The notes beneath the pieces were generated by a model that was given only the letters and a program-made list of their open reading frames with translations, made no database searches and was not told the DNA's origin. Both the position numbers and the translations under genes were made by a program. Below are positions 33,229 through 44,200 of a stretch of DNA of 64,000 bases, one piece after another (positions within the stretch are counted from its first letter, which is position 1; every line of letters starts with the position of its first letter). Source of the stretch: Escherichia coli (GTDB taxonomy: Bacteria > Pseudomonadota > Gammaproteobacteria > Enterobacterales > Enterobacteriaceae); NCBI RefSeq assembly GCF_013122565.1, contig NZ_CP053258.1. One strand, given 5' to 3'.

Positions 33229-34404
33229 TTAATGCAATCCAAAAACGTTCAACATGGTAGAAAGTTTGACGCCTGTTTCGCGCCACTCACCCAACGGTGA
33301 CGACGCAGGCACAATCCCCGCTCCGGCAAACAGACGCACCTGATTTTCCCGCAGCTTCGCGCAGCGGATGGTCACCACCCATTCGCCGTTACCTTCGCTG
33401 TCACACCAACCCACGATGCCGCCAAACAGTTCGCGGTCGAACGGCTCCAGTTCAGCAATAACCTGGGTCGCGGCCTGATGCGGGAAACCGCTCAGCGCGG
33501 GGGTCGGATGCAGCAGACAGGCCAGAGTCAGTGCGTTTTCTTGCGAATTCGCTTTACCTTCAAAGGGAGTTGCGAGATGCCACAGCGTCGGCGTGGTAAT
33601 CAGCTGTGGACAGGAGGGAACGTGTAACTCACTACTGCGTTCGCGCAGTACCTCTTTCATCGCCTGAGTCACCAGTTCATGTTCATGGCGATCTTTTTCT
33701 GACGCCAGCAGACGATTACCCGCTTCGCGATCGAGCACTTCATCCGGCTGACGACGCGCGGAACCGGCTAACGGAATGGAGCTAAAACGCTCGCCGTCTT
33801 TACGTAGCAGCAGTTCCGGGCTGGCCCCCAGCAGGACGCCACCATCTGCCAACGGCACATGGAAGTTGTAACTAACCGGGTTTTGCGCAATCAACCGTTC
33901 CAGCAATACGCCACTATCAATGGCGGCGTCAGTGGTGATATCAATCAACCGTGACAACACCACTTTGTCGACCTGCGGCGTGGCGGTAAGTGCGGCAGCG
34001 CGAGCAACCATCTGTTCAAACGTGGTTTGTTCCGGAATTGCCTGGCGTTCCACCACGTTCAGCGACTGGCTGCGGGTGAAACGGCGTGCGGAAGCTTGTT
34101 TTTCCTGACGGGAGAACGACTGCCAGGATTCAGGAATATACAGCGACGAAGGCTGACATGGATCGAAGGGAATCGCCCCGACCATCACCGGATTTTTGAT
34201 GCCCTGCGCTTTGGCGTCGGCAAACAGCGCGGCGAGTTTTTGCTGGAAGGGACTGTCGGGCGAATCCCCATTCACAGCCGGTTCATCGAAGCGGGCGAAA
34301 CATCCTGACGTCGTAAAACTGCGGTACGGCGACATAAAGAAAAAGCGATTGGGCGCAAGTGTTGCCATGGTCTGCTGTACTTCCTCAGCCAGTGACGTAT
34401 CCAT
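33229..34404 (-). CDS. entC: isochorismate synthase (391 aa)
   Basis: Internal ATG ([19 protein letters not shown]) of track ORF 33229..34416; the track start codon is GTG. Confidence 0.93.
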   Translation of the reverse strand: MDTSLAEEVQQTMATLAPNRFFFMSPYRSFTTSGCFARFDEPAVNGDSPDSPFQQKLAALFADAKAQGIKNPVMVGAIPFDPCQPSSLYIPESWQSFSRQEKQASARRFTRSQSLNVVERQAIPEQTTFEQMVARAAALTATPQVDKVVLSRLIDITTDAAIDSGVLLERLIAQNPVSYNFHVPLADGGVLLGASPELLLRKDGERFSSIPLAGSARRQPDEVLDREAGNRLLASEKDRHEHELVTQAMKEVLRERSSELHVPSCPQLITTPTLWHLATPFEGKANSQENALTLACLLHPTPALSGFPHQAATQVIAELEPFDRELFGGIVGWCDSEGNGEWVVTIRCAKLRENQVRLFAGAGIVPASSPLGEWRETGVKLSTMLNVFGLH

Positions 34405-34419
34405 ATCATCCTCCACAAA

Positions 34420-34460
34420 ATGATAAAGGCTTTAATAATGATTATCATTTATATTTTCGG
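34420..34460. promoter_or_regulatory. Fur box in the divergent entC / fepB control region
   Basis: aataatgattatcattt, a near-perfect match to the GATAATGATAATCATTATC Fur consensus, about 30 bp upstream of the entC ATG (coordinates approximate). Confidence 0.6.
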
Positions 34461-34589
34461 TCGCTAACCTAAAAGCAAACGCGCACTATGTCAACTCTTG
34501 AGGTAACGCAATCTGCAACTCGGGGTTGCATCTGGTTGTGGTTACAATGAAAATGAGAAGCATTATTGATGGATTCGCATAAGCGCAAT

Positions 34590-34730
34590 GTGATGGCCTG
34601 CGCCGTTCTGCCCCCTCTCCCTTCCAGGGAGAGGGCTGGGGTGAGGGTTAATGCTCGCACCAGTGCTGGCTGTTCCCCTCACCCTCTCCCCAAAGGGGCG
34701 AGGGTACGGATTGTGCGCTTTGTCGAATTT
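34590..34730. repeat. GC-rich imperfect palindromic element in the fepB leader / entC-fepB intergenic region
   Basis: ccccctctccc-ttcc-agggagagggctggggtgaggg ... cccctcaccctctcccc-aaa-ggggcgaggg: nested inverted repeats (coordinates approximate to about 15 bp). Confidence 0.4.
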
Positions 34731-34772
34731 GTCATTACGCCCTTAACCTTATTAATAACAGGAAGCTGATTT

Positions 34773-35729
34773 GTGAGACTCGCCCCGCTCTACCGCAATG
34801 CCCTTCTATTAACAGGACTTTTGCTTTCAGGAATAGCCGTAGTTCAGGCCGCCGACTGGCCGCGTCAGATTACTGACAGCCGGGGCACTCATACCCTGGA
34901 AAGCCAGCCGCAGCGTATTGTTTCCACCAGCGTCACCCTGACTGGCTCACTGCTGGCGATTGATGCTCCTGTGATCGCCAGCGGCGCGACCACGCCGAAT
35001 AACCGCGTCGCGGATGACCAGGGTTTTTTACGCCAGTGGAGCAAGGTGGCGAAAGAACGCAAACTGCAACGGCTCTATATCGGCGAACCGAGCGCCGAAG
35101 CCGTTGCCGCGCAAATGCCGGATCTGATTTTAATTAGCGCAACCGGTGGTGATTCGGCGCTGGCGCTGTATGATCAGCTTTCCACCATCGCCCCGACATT
35201 AATCATCAATTACGACGACAAAAGCTGGCAGTCGCTGTTAACGCAGCTTGGCGAAATTACCGGGCATGAGAAACAAGCGGCAGAGCGGATTGCACAGTTT
35301 GATAAGCAACTGGCGGCGGCGAAAGAGCAAATCAAATTACCGCCGCAGCCGGTCACTGCCATTGTCTATACCGCCGCTGCACACAGTGCCAATCTCTGGA
35401 CGCCGGAATCAGCACAAGGGCAGATGCTGGAACAACTCGGCTTTACGTTGGCGAAATTGCCCGCAGGGTTAAACGCCAGCCAAAGCCAGGGCAAACGCCA
35501 TGACATCATTCAGCTTGGTGGAGAAAATCTGGCTGCAGGGTTAAATGGCGAGTCACTATTCCTGTTCGCCGGTGATCAGAAAGATGCCGATGCTATTTAT
35601 GCCAATCCACTGCTCGCGCACCTGCCCGCAGTACAAAACAAGCAGGTTTATGCGCTGGGAACCGAGACGTTCCGTCTGGATTACTACAGCGCCATGCAAG
35701 TGCTGGAACGACTTAAGGCGCTGTTTTAA
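34773..35729 (+). CDS. fepB: ferric enterobactin periplasmic binding protein (318 aa)
   Basis: Track ORF 318 aa with signal peptide; start codon appears to be GTG; long structured leader upstream. Confidence 0.93.
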   Translation: MRLAPLYRNALLLTGLLLSGIAVVQAADWPRQITDSRGTHTLESQPQRIVSTSVTLTGSLLAIDAPVIASGATTPNNRVADDQGFLRQWSKVAKERKLQRLYIGEPSAEAVAAQMPDLILISATGGDSALALYDQLSTIAPTLIINYDDKSWQSLLTQLGEITGHEKQAAERIAQFDKQLAAAKEQIKLPPQPVTAIVYTAAAHSANLWTPESAQGQMLEQLGFTLAKLPAGLNASQSQGKRHDIIQLGGENLAAGLNGESLFLFAGDQKDADAIYANPLLAHLPAVQNKQVYALGTETFRLDYYSAMQVLERLKALF

Positions 35730-35732
35730 GCA

Positions 35733-36983
35733 TTAACCGTCAGACGCTGTCACCTGCGGCGGCGTCTGGCGAAAACGTCGCAACTCCACCAGCACCAGCA
35801 ATAACAACACGCCGATAATCAACAAACCAAAACCGCTCGCGCTTGCGGAAGCAACCGGTGTCATCATCGCTCCCAAACCGCCCAGCAGCGCCGCGCCTAT
35901 GGCATCGCCCGTCACGTTTTGTGCCGTCCACAAACCATTAATCCGCCCTAACATCGCTTCCGGGGTTTGCGTTTGCAGCATTGTATATTGCAGCAACGAG
36001 CTGACCGCACTCAACCAGCCGAACAGCGCCAGACAAACCACGCCTAAAATCCACATCGGCATCAGGCCAAACAGACCAATGGCGAGGAACGATCCCAGCG
36101 TGGAGAGCAGCATCAATAACCCTGGTCGCGCGCTATGCGCCAACTTCCCGCTGGTTAACGCGCCAATAGCCGCGCCGAGCGGGATCGCCGCATAGAGAAA
36201 ACCAATCTGTGCCGCCGACATCTGCCAGTTGTCAGCCAGCGCCGGATACAGTACCCGCACCGCACTCGCCATCGTCAATAAACCACCCAGCAGCGCAATC
36301 CCTCCCACCAGCGGGCTGGCGAGCAGAAAACGAAATCCTGCCAGTAATGATTTCAACGGATGCTCACGCGGCTGCGGTGGTGGTGGCAGTGCCGGAAGGC
36401 TTAACAACGGTAGCAAGGTAATAAACGTGCCCGCCGCCGCCAGTCCGTAGTTCCAGGCCACACCGCCAGTCGCCAGCAATAAACCGCCAATCATGGGCGA
36501 AATCACCGACCCCAGACGCACGGTCAACATGGTGATCGCCCCGGCCTGCATTAAGTTTTCACGCCCTACCAGTGCAGGTGTCGCCGCCAGTAGCGCCGTA
36601 ACGCCAAGTGATGCGAAAAAACCATCCCATAAACCAAGTAAATAGATTGCCAGCAATGACGGTTCAGGCAGCAGTGCATTAAGGCACAGTCCAATGAAGC
36701 CAATGCCACAGGTGCCGCGCGCCAGCAAAATCACTTTTTTGCGTTCATAGCGATCCGCCAGCACACCGCCGACCATCAGGCCAACAAACATCGCGCCGCC
36801 GGTCAGCGTCACCGAAAGCCCCACCTGCCAGGTGGAATGTGTCATCATCTGGATCTGCACCGGCACCGCGACGCCGAGCAAACCCAGAGAAACAATAGAG
36901 ATGAAACGAGCGAGGAATACTGCGCGAAACGCCGGGTGCGTTTTCAACAGGCTGAGGTTAAGCAGCCAGGATTGTTTATTCAT
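35733..36983 (-). CDS. entS: enterobactin exporter, MFS family (416 aa)
   Basis: Track ORF 416 aa, 12-TM MFS pattern; convergent with fepB with a 3-bp gap. Confidence 0.92.
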   Translation of the reverse strand: MNKQSWLLNLSLLKTHPAFRAVFLARFISIVSLGLLGVAVPVQIQMMTHSTWQVGLSVTLTGGAMFVGLMVGGVLADRYERKKVILLARGTCGIGFIGLCLNALLPEPSLLAIYLLGLWDGFFASLGVTALLAATPALVGRENLMQAGAITMLTVRLGSVISPMIGGLLLATGGVAWNYGLAAAGTFITLLPLLSLPALPPPPQPREHPLKSLLAGFRFLLASPLVGGIALLGGLLTMASAVRVLYPALADNWQMSAAQIGFLYAAIPLGAAIGALTSGKLAHSARPGLLMLLSTLGSFLAIGLFGLMPMWILGVVCLALFGWLSAVSSLLQYTMLQTQTPEAMLGRINGLWTAQNVTGDAIGAALLGGLGAMMTPVASASASGFGLLIIGVLLLLVLVELRRFRQTPPQVTASDG

Positions 36984-37044
36984 TACAATGCCTTGCCATC
37001 AAATATTTTAAATACCTATTCTTAGGCTGCACATGCTAACATAT

Positions 37045-37085
37045 CCAAATAAGATCGATAACGATAATTAATTTCATTATCATGG
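37045..37085. promoter_or_regulatory. Fur-box-like sequence in the divergent entS / fepD control region
   Basis: gataacgataattaatttcattatc in the 98-110 bp entS-fepD intergenic region (coordinates approximate). Confidence 0.5.
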
Positions 37086-37093
37086 AAGTTCGT

Positions 37094-38098
37094 ATGTCTG
37101 GTTCTGTTGCCGTGACACGCGCCATTGCCGTGCCCGGATTGCTGTTATTACTGATTATCGCGACGGCATTAAGCCTGCTCATTGGGGCAAAATCACTCCC
37201 CGCTTCCGTAGTGCTGGAGGCCTTCTCCGGCACCTGCCAGAGCGCCGACTGCACCATCGTGCTTGACGCGCGACTGCCGCGCACCCTTGCCGGTTTACTG
37301 GCAGGCGGTGCGCTTGGCCTTGCCGGGGCGTTAATGCAAACCCTCACCCGAAACCCACTTGCCGACCCCGGCTTGCTTGGCGTGAACGCCGGAGCCAGCT
37401 TTGCCATTGTGCTGGGTGCGGCGCTGTTTGGTTACTCATCCGCGCAGGAACAACTGGCGATGGCCTTCGCCGGGGCGCTGGTGGCCTCGTTGATTGTTGC
37501 CTTTACCGGCAGCCAGGGCGGCGGGCAGTTAAGCCCGGTGCGTTTAACCCTGGCGGGCGTGGCACTGGCGGCAGTGCTGGAAGGGCTGACCAGCGGCATC
37601 GCCCTGCTCAACCCTGACGTCTACGATCAGTTGCGTTTCTGGCAAGCCGGTTCGCTGGATATTCGCAATCTTCACACCTTAAAAGTAGTACTGATCCCGG
37701 TATTGATTGCCGGAGCAACCGCGCTATTACTGAGCCGCGCGCTGAACAGTCTGAGTCTCGGCAGCGATACCGCAACGGCGCTGGGCAGTCGCGTGGCGCG
37801 CACACAGTTGATTGGTCTGCTGGCGATTACCGTGCTTTGTGGTAGTGCGACGGCGGTAGTTGGCCCGATTGCCTTTATCGGCCTGATGATGCCGCACATG
37901 GCGCGCTGGCTGGTAGGTGCCGATCATCGCTGGTCGCTGCCCGTCACGCTACTTGCTACCCCTGCCCTGCTGCTGTTTGCCGATATCATCGGGCGGGTGA
38001 TTGTGCCCGGTGAACTGCGCGTTTCTGTGGTCAGTGCGTTTATTGGTGCACCGGTGCTAATCTTCCTCGTGCGACGTAAAACGCGAGGTGGCGCATGA
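37094..38098 (+). CDS. fepD: ferric enterobactin ABC transporter permease FepD (334 aa)
   Basis: Internal Met (MSGSVAVTRAIAVPGLLLLL) of track ORF 37082..38098; FecCD-family permease. Confidence 0.9.
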   Translation: MSGSVAVTRAIAVPGLLLLLIIATALSLLIGAKSLPASVVLEAFSGTCQSADCTIVLDARLPRTLAGLLAGGALGLAGALMQTLTRNPLADPGLLGVNAGASFAIVLGAALFGYSSAQEQLAMAFAGALVASLIVAFTGSQGGGQLSPVRLTLAGVALAAVLEGLTSGIALLNPDVYDQLRFWQAGSLDIRNLHTLKVVLIPVLIAGATALLLSRALNSLSLGSDTATALGSRVARTQLIGLLAITVLCGSATAVVGPIAFIGLMMPHMARWLVGADHRWSLPVTLLATPALLLFADIIGRVIVPGELRVSVVSAFIGAPVLIFLVRRKTRGGA

Positions 38099-39087
38099 TT
38101 TACGTCTCTCGCCGATTAATCATCACCTGTTTGCTGTTGGTTTCCGCCTGTGTGGTTGCAGGTATCTGGGGATTACGCAGCGGTGCCGTCACGCTGGAAA
38201 CCTCGCAGGTATTCGCCGCGCTGATGGGCGATGCGCCGCGCAGTATGACGATGGTGGTCACCGAATGGCGTTTACCACGAGTGCTGATGGCGCTGTTGAT
38301 TGGCGCGGCGCTGAGCGTCAGCGGCGCGATTTTTCAGTCGCTGATGCGTAACCCGCTCGGCAGCCCTGACGTAATGGGCTTTAACACCGGGGCGTGGAGC
38401 GGCGTGCTGGTGGCGATGGTGCTGTTTGGTCAGGATCTGACGGCTATCGCGCTGGCAGCAATGGCGGGCGGCATTGTCACCTCGCTGTTGGTCTGGCTGC
38501 TCGCCTGGCGTAACGGTATCGACACCTTTCGGTTGATTATTATCGGCATCGGCGTTCGCGCCATGCTGGTGGCCTTTAATACCTGGCTGTTGCTGAAAGC
38601 GTCTTTAGAAACGGCGCTAACAGCGGGTTTGTGGAATGCAGGCTCGCTCAACGGCCTGACGTGGGCAAAAATCTCGCCTTCCGCCCCCATCATTATATTG
38701 ATGCTCATTGCCGCTGCCTTACTGGTACGCCGGATGCGCTTGCTGGAGATGGGCGATGATACCGCCTGCGCGCTGGGCGTCAGCGTCGAGCGTTCGCGTC
38801 TGTTAATGATGCTGGTTGCAGTGGTGCTTACCGCTGCGGCAACGGCGCTTGCCGGGCCGATTTCCTTTATTGCTTTAGTCGCGCCGCACATTGCCCGACG
38901 CATTAGCGGCACCGCTCGCTGGGGGCTGACCCAGGCGGCGCTGTGCGGAGCGCTGTTACTGCTGGCGGCCGATCTCTGCGCCCAACAACTGTTTATGCCG
39001 TATCAACTTCCGGTTGGCGTCGTTACCGTCAGCCTCGGCGGTATTTACCTTATCGTCTTGTTAATTCAGGAGTCTCGCAAAAAATGA
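38095..39087 (+). CDS. fepG: ferric enterobactin ABC transporter permease FepG (330 aa)
   Basis: Track ORF 330 aa; 4-nt overlap with fepD. Confidence 0.92.
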   Translation: MIYVSRRLIITCLLLVSACVVAGIWGLRSGAVTLETSQVFAALMGDAPRSMTMVVTEWRLPRVLMALLIGAALSVSGAIFQSLMRNPLGSPDVMGFNTGAWSGVLVAMVLFGQDLTAIALAAMAGGIVTSLLVWLLAWRNGIDTFRLIIIGIGVRAMLVAFNTWLLLKASLETALTAGLWNAGSLNGLTWAKISPSAPIIILMLIAAALLVRRMRLLEMGDDTACALGVSVERSRLLMMLVAVVLTAAATALAGPISFIALVAPHIARRISGTARWGLTQAALCGALLLLAADLCAQQLFMPYQLPVGVVTVSLGGIYLIVLLIQESRKK

Positions 39088-39899
39088 CCGAATCAGTAGC
39101 CCGTTTGCGCGGCGAACAGTTAACCCTGGGATATGGCAAATATACCGTTGCGGAAAATCTGACTGTAGAAATTCCTGATGGTCACTTCACGGCAATTATC
39201 GGACCAAATGGCTGTGGTAAATCCACGTTACTGCGTACCTTAAGCCGCCTGATGACGCCTGCTCACGGGCATGTCTGGCTGGATGGCGAGCACATTCAAC
39301 ATTACGCCAGTAAAGAAGTTGCACGCCGGATTGGTCTGTTGGCGCAAAATGCCACCACGCCGGGCGATATCACCGTGCAGGAGCTGGTGGCGCGTGGACG
39401 TTATCCGCATCAACCGCTGTTTACCCGCTGGCGCAAAGAGGATGAAGAAGCGGTAACGAAAGCGATGCAGGCCACGGGAATAACTCATCTGGCAGATCAA
39501 AGCGTGGATACCCTTTCTGGCGGACAACGCCAGCGAGCGTGGATCGCGATGGTGCTGGCCCAGGAAACGGCAATTATGCTGCTCGACGAACCCACGACCT
39601 GGCTGGATATCAGTCATCAGATTGATCTACTGGAACTGTTAAGCGAACTGAACCGCGAGAAAGGCTATACCCTGGCGGCGGTGCTGCACGATCTTAATCA
39701 GGCCTGTCGTTACGCCAGCCATTTGATTGCATTGCGGGAAGGGAAAATTGTTGCTCAGGGAGCGCCGAAGGAGATTGTCACTGCTGAACTGATTGAGCGC
39801 ATTTATGGTCTGCGATGCATGATCATTGACGATCCGGTAGCCGGAACGCCGCTTGTGGTGCCGCTCGGACGAACGGCACCTTCAACCGCAAATAGTTAA
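39084..39899 (+). CDS. fepC: ferric enterobactin ABC transporter ATPase FepC (271 aa)
   Basis: Internal ATG at 39084 (MTESVARLRGEQLTLGY) of track ORF 38943..39899; Walker A GPNGCGKST and LSGGQRQR signature. Confidence 0.93.
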   Translation: MTESVARLRGEQLTLGYGKYTVAENLTVEIPDGHFTAIIGPNGCGKSTLLRTLSRLMTPAHGHVWLDGEHIQHYASKEVARRIGLLAQNATTPGDITVQELVARGRYPHQPLFTRWRKEDEEAVTKAMQATGITHLADQSVDTLSGGQRQRAWIAMVLAQETAIMLLDEPTTWLDISHQIDLLELLSELNREKGYTLAAVLHDLNQACRYASHLIALREGKIVAQGAPKEIVTAELIERIYGLRCMIIDDPVAGTPLVVPLGRTAPSTANS

Positions 39900-41029
39900 A
39901 CTAAGTGGTCTGCCATCATGGCATCCTGTTTTCTGGATGCCATCGCATGGCGCAACAGCACACCACCACAAGCCACCATCCCGCCGATCAACGCGGAAAG
40001 GATCACAATAATCGCCTTACCCGGACCGTCTTTTTTCACTGGCAATGACGGGCTTAACTGATATTTAAACGGCGTAAAATTCACATCGTTGACATTTGCT
40101 TTTGTTAATTGCTCGACAAGATACTGACGATTACGTAATTCACCATTCAGTTCCGCAACGTCAGTAACCGCTTTTTCAATTTCCAGTTTGCGTTCAATAC
40201 CGTCTGCGCCGAGAGAAATAGAGAAATCGGGGTCATCTTTAACGGCCTGACCATTACTGTATACGGGCTTTTTAATTCCTGCCGCGTTGGCAATGTCGAG
40301 TGAATAATTGAGGCGCTGAATGTTTGCATCAAGTTGATTTTTCGTTTTAATGCGATCCTGAGCCAGTTTTTCTTTTTCAAACTGGGTTTTGATCTCCAGC
40401 TTATTACGGACGTTTTCTAGCGACTCTTTCACCACCAACGCAGAGATATAATCGATATACCCGCTCAAAACGGTCTGCGCCTCTTCACTGGTTGGCGCGG
40501 TAAAACTTAGCGTCCAGGAGGTATACAGTGACGGTTCATCTTTTTTCTTACTGGCATTGTCATCAACCGCTTTCATTTTTTCGCTCAATGCGACAATTGC
40601 GCGATGCAAATCCAGTTCGTCGATTTTCGCCTCTTTTAATTGGTCCATCACATAAGGTGATGAACGCAGGTACTCTTCCAGCAAGCTAATTGACTGAAAT
40701 TTCTTGATAAACAGATTAAATACACCGCCACGGTCGATATTAACATCGAGATCAAGAACGCGGAGTTTGGTAAAGGTTTTCTCCAGGTCCTGCCACTGAA
40801 TGGCTTCGGCGGGAGTAATGACGGCTGAGCTGGTCCATTTTTGCGGCAGGATGAAAGAGATCAGCAAGCCTGCGCAGGCAAATGCAAAAACGACTGCCAT
40901 GACCGTTTTTTTGGCCCGCCATAAAACTTCGATTAGATTAAGTAAATCAATTTCATTATTACTGGGCGATGCCAGAGGATACTCAGGAAAATGAGCGTCA
41001 CTTCCCTGTTTAATATTCAGTGATGACAT
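39896..41029 (-). CDS. fepE: polysaccharide co-polymerase (Wzz-like) FepE (377 aa)
   Basis: Internal Met (MSSLNIKQGSDAHFPEYPLASP) of track ORF 39896..41080; two TM helices flanking a coiled-coil periplasmic domain. Confidence 0.9.
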   Translation of the reverse strand: MSSLNIKQGSDAHFPEYPLASPSNNEIDLLNLIEVLWRAKKTVMAVVFAFACAGLLISFILPQKWTSSAVITPAEAIQWQDLEKTFTKLRVLDLDVNIDRGGVFNLFIKKFQSISLLEEYLRSSPYVMDQLKEAKIDELDLHRAIVALSEKMKAVDDNASKKKDEPSLYTSWTLSFTAPTSEEAQTVLSGYIDYISALVVKESLENVRNKLEIKTQFEKEKLAQDRIKTKNQLDANIQRLNYSLDIANAAGIKKPVYSNGQAVKDDPDFSISLGADGIERKLEIEKAVTDVAELNGELRNRQYLVEQLTKANVNDVNFTPFKYQLSPSLPVKKDGPGKAIIVILSALIGGMVACGGVLLRHAMASRKQDAMMADHLV

Positions 41030-41194
41030 GGGTATAACCTGAAAATGAGTCCAATAGGGGAAAATCTCCACGGCGCTCACTTTACCAGTTGGTGAGAATT
41101 ATCCGAAGCTGAAGTTTGTAAATTCCTTCCACTGAATGAAACATTCACTCTATTTAAGAGAAATGACCAACAAACATATAAATTAAATAAATGA

Positions 41195-41229
41195 TTAACC
41201 CATAATTATTTCCTGTAATTATGGGTTAA
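41195..41229. repeat. perfect 14-bp-arm inverted repeat 15 nt downstream of the entF stop
   Basis: ttaacccataatta-tttcctg-taattatgggttaa; followed on the minus strand by an AT-rich tract. Confidence 0.6.
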
Positions 41230-41243
41230 TAGATAATATTAAT

Positions 41244-44200
41244 TTACCTGTTTAGCGTTTCGCGAATAATCGGCCCAATTTTTTCAAACGCCCCTGGAGA
41301 GATAATATCCACATGCGCACAATCCTGACGATAGATATCCAGCCCGGCTATCCACGGCGACCAGGCGCGTTCGGGGCTCATACCTTCCTGAAGCGTACGT
41401 TCAGCAACAAACAGCGTCGCTCTACCATCAAACGGTACGCTATGAGCAGTCGTCAGCAGGCGCACAGCATCAGCGTAGTTGCCTTCAATGGTGGTAAACA
41501 ACTCCGTTGAAGTACTTCCCTGCTGTGCCGCCAGGAAGGCCTCGCGTTCGCGGTTAATCTCCGCCAGCACTTCCGGGTCCAGGCCATTAGCCTCTTTTTC
41601 CTGCCAGTTTTGCGTTTCTGGCGGCCAGGTATCCAGCAAGCCAAGAAATGCCACCTGTTCGCCACGGGCACGCAGTCGCGCCGCAATACCCTGCGCCAGC
41701 GTACCGCCCAGCGAATAACCCAGCAGGTAATAAGGGCCGTGCGGTTGTTGCTCAAGTAACGTTGCCAGATGCGCTTCGCAGACTTCATCCAGATTTGCCG
41801 CGGTCTGCATGGGGCCATTGGGGCGCGGCGACTGAATGCCGATAATCGACCATTGTGGATCGAGATAACGCGAGAGCACGCTGAACTGCCAGGCAAAACC
41901 GGACGCAGGATGGAAACAAAACAGCGTCGGGCCATTACCTTCACGCAACGGCAGAATGGTTTCGAATCCCATGCGCCGGGAGCTGTCCTCTTCACCATCA
42001 ATAATCGTTGCCAGTTTGGCGACGGTTGATGCGACCATCACCTGCCCCGGCGTCACCTGACGGGCAAACTGCCGACTTAACTGCGCTGCCAGTTTCATTG
42101 CCAGTAGCGAATGACCGCCTAGCGCGAAGAAATCAGCATCGGCATCCTGCACGTCACAACCCAGCAACGACGCGAATGCCGCGGCGATAATCGTTTCACT
42201 GCCCGCTTTCGGCGCACGCCCCGGCGCTTGTGCTTTCAGTTCAGGCAACGGTAAGGCTTTGCGATCCAGCTTGCCGTTGGCGCTAAGAGGTAACTGTGGA
42301 AGTTGCAGCAGAACCACGGGCACCATATGTGGTGGCAATGTTTCGCGAAGCTGCGCCTGTAATGCGCTGGTATCCAACGGCAGGCCCGATTGCGACACCA
42401 GATAGCCCACCAACTGACGCGCATCACCACCGGTGGCTGCCGCCTGGTTAATCACACAGGCGTGGGTAACGGCTTGTTCGACACCCGGCAGCGCCTGCAT
42501 CACGCGATCGATTTCGCCCAGTTCGATACGCTGCCCGCGAATTTTTAGCTGATCGTCACTGCGCCCGAGGTATTCCACCGCGCCGTTATCGAGCCAGCGG
42601 GCAACGTCTCCGGTACGGTACATCCGTTCACCTGGGGCAAAAGGATCGGCAATAAAGCGGCTGGCGGTCAGATCGGGTCGTCCAAGATACCCCTGCGCCA
42701 GTTGAATGCCGGTGAGATAGAGATCACCCGCCACACCCGGCGGCACCGGATGCATCATCGCATCGAGAATGCGCAGGCCCGTATTCCACACCGGATAACC
42801 AATCGGCACACTGCTGCCGCGTACCTGTGCCAGTTCCTCGCCAAAGGCCGGATACCAGCTCACATCTACCGCTGCTTCCGTCGGGCCATACAGATTATGC
42901 AACGGCGCGCCGGTTAACTGTTGCCATTCGCGGCATAAATCAGCCGGTAAGGCTTCACCACTACAGAAAACCTGTTTCAACGTCGCGCAACTCTGGCGAG
43001 CGGTTTGCGGCGTCAGCGATGCAACAAATGCCGCCAGCATCGACGGCACAAAGTGCGTGGTCGTTACGCCATATTCGGCAAAGAATTGCTGCATAGCGAG
43101 CGGGTCGCGGTGCGCTTCCGGTTCAGCCATCACCAGTTTCGCCCCGGCAATAAACGGCCAGAAAAACTCCCACACCGAGACATCAAAACTGCACGGCGTT
43201 TTTTGGGCAACGACATCTTCGCCTGTAAGCGGATAATGATTTTGCATCCACAACAGGCGGTTGACGATAGCCGTCTGCCCGACCATTACCCCTTTCGGCC
43301 TGCCGGTGGAGCCAGAGGTAAAGATGATATAAGCCGTGTGATGCGGTTGTGAAAGTTGCAGCGGCGCACTGCCCTGCGGTGTAAGCGGGGCGTTATAGCA
43401 AAGGCTGGTTAAATCTGGAACATCAACAAAGCGCGGCAGTTGATCGTCGGTGGTGATTAACAGCGACGGACGCGCATCTTCCAGCATCATTTTCAGGCGA
43501 TCGTCCGGATAGCCGGTATCCAGCGGTAGCCAGGCCGCACCAGCTTCAACAATCGCATGTAGCGCCAGGGTCAAAAAGACCGAGCGCGGTAATGCCACCG
43601 CCACGCTGTCCCCTGGTTTAACGCCGTGCTCACGCAGCAGATTCGCCAGCGCCACCACCTGCTCGCGCATTTCCCGATAGCTGAACTGGTAACGCGCATC
43701 TGCCAGCGCCGGAGCATCCGGTGTTTTTGCCGCTTGTTCTGCCACCAGCGCGCTAAGCGTGGTTTCTGGAATCTCAACCTGAGTGGCGTTGATCTGCGCC
43801 AGCTGCGCGTATTCACCTGGCAGCATAATATCGACATCGCCGCACAACAGCGCCGGATCCGCGGCGAATTGGGCGATCAGCATTTTCAGGCGTTCAGCAT
43901 GCTGGATTAACGTTGGCTCAGCGTAACGCTGTTTATTGGCGAGGATTTCAATACTCAAATCACCGTGTTCATCCGGGAACAGGGCCAGTTCAAGGTCATT
44001 AACCGGACCGGTTGCCAGGGTATGGGTTTGCGCCTGAACATCAGGAATATCCAGTTGGTAATCAAAGACCTTGATATTGAGTACCGGACCAAACAGGGGT
44101 TCATCACCTGCCGCTCGCCCGCTGTCACGGACAATTTGTTCGGCATCGTAACGTTGATGGCGACGCATTTTTTTCAGTTGAGCCGCCAGTCGGGTTGCCA

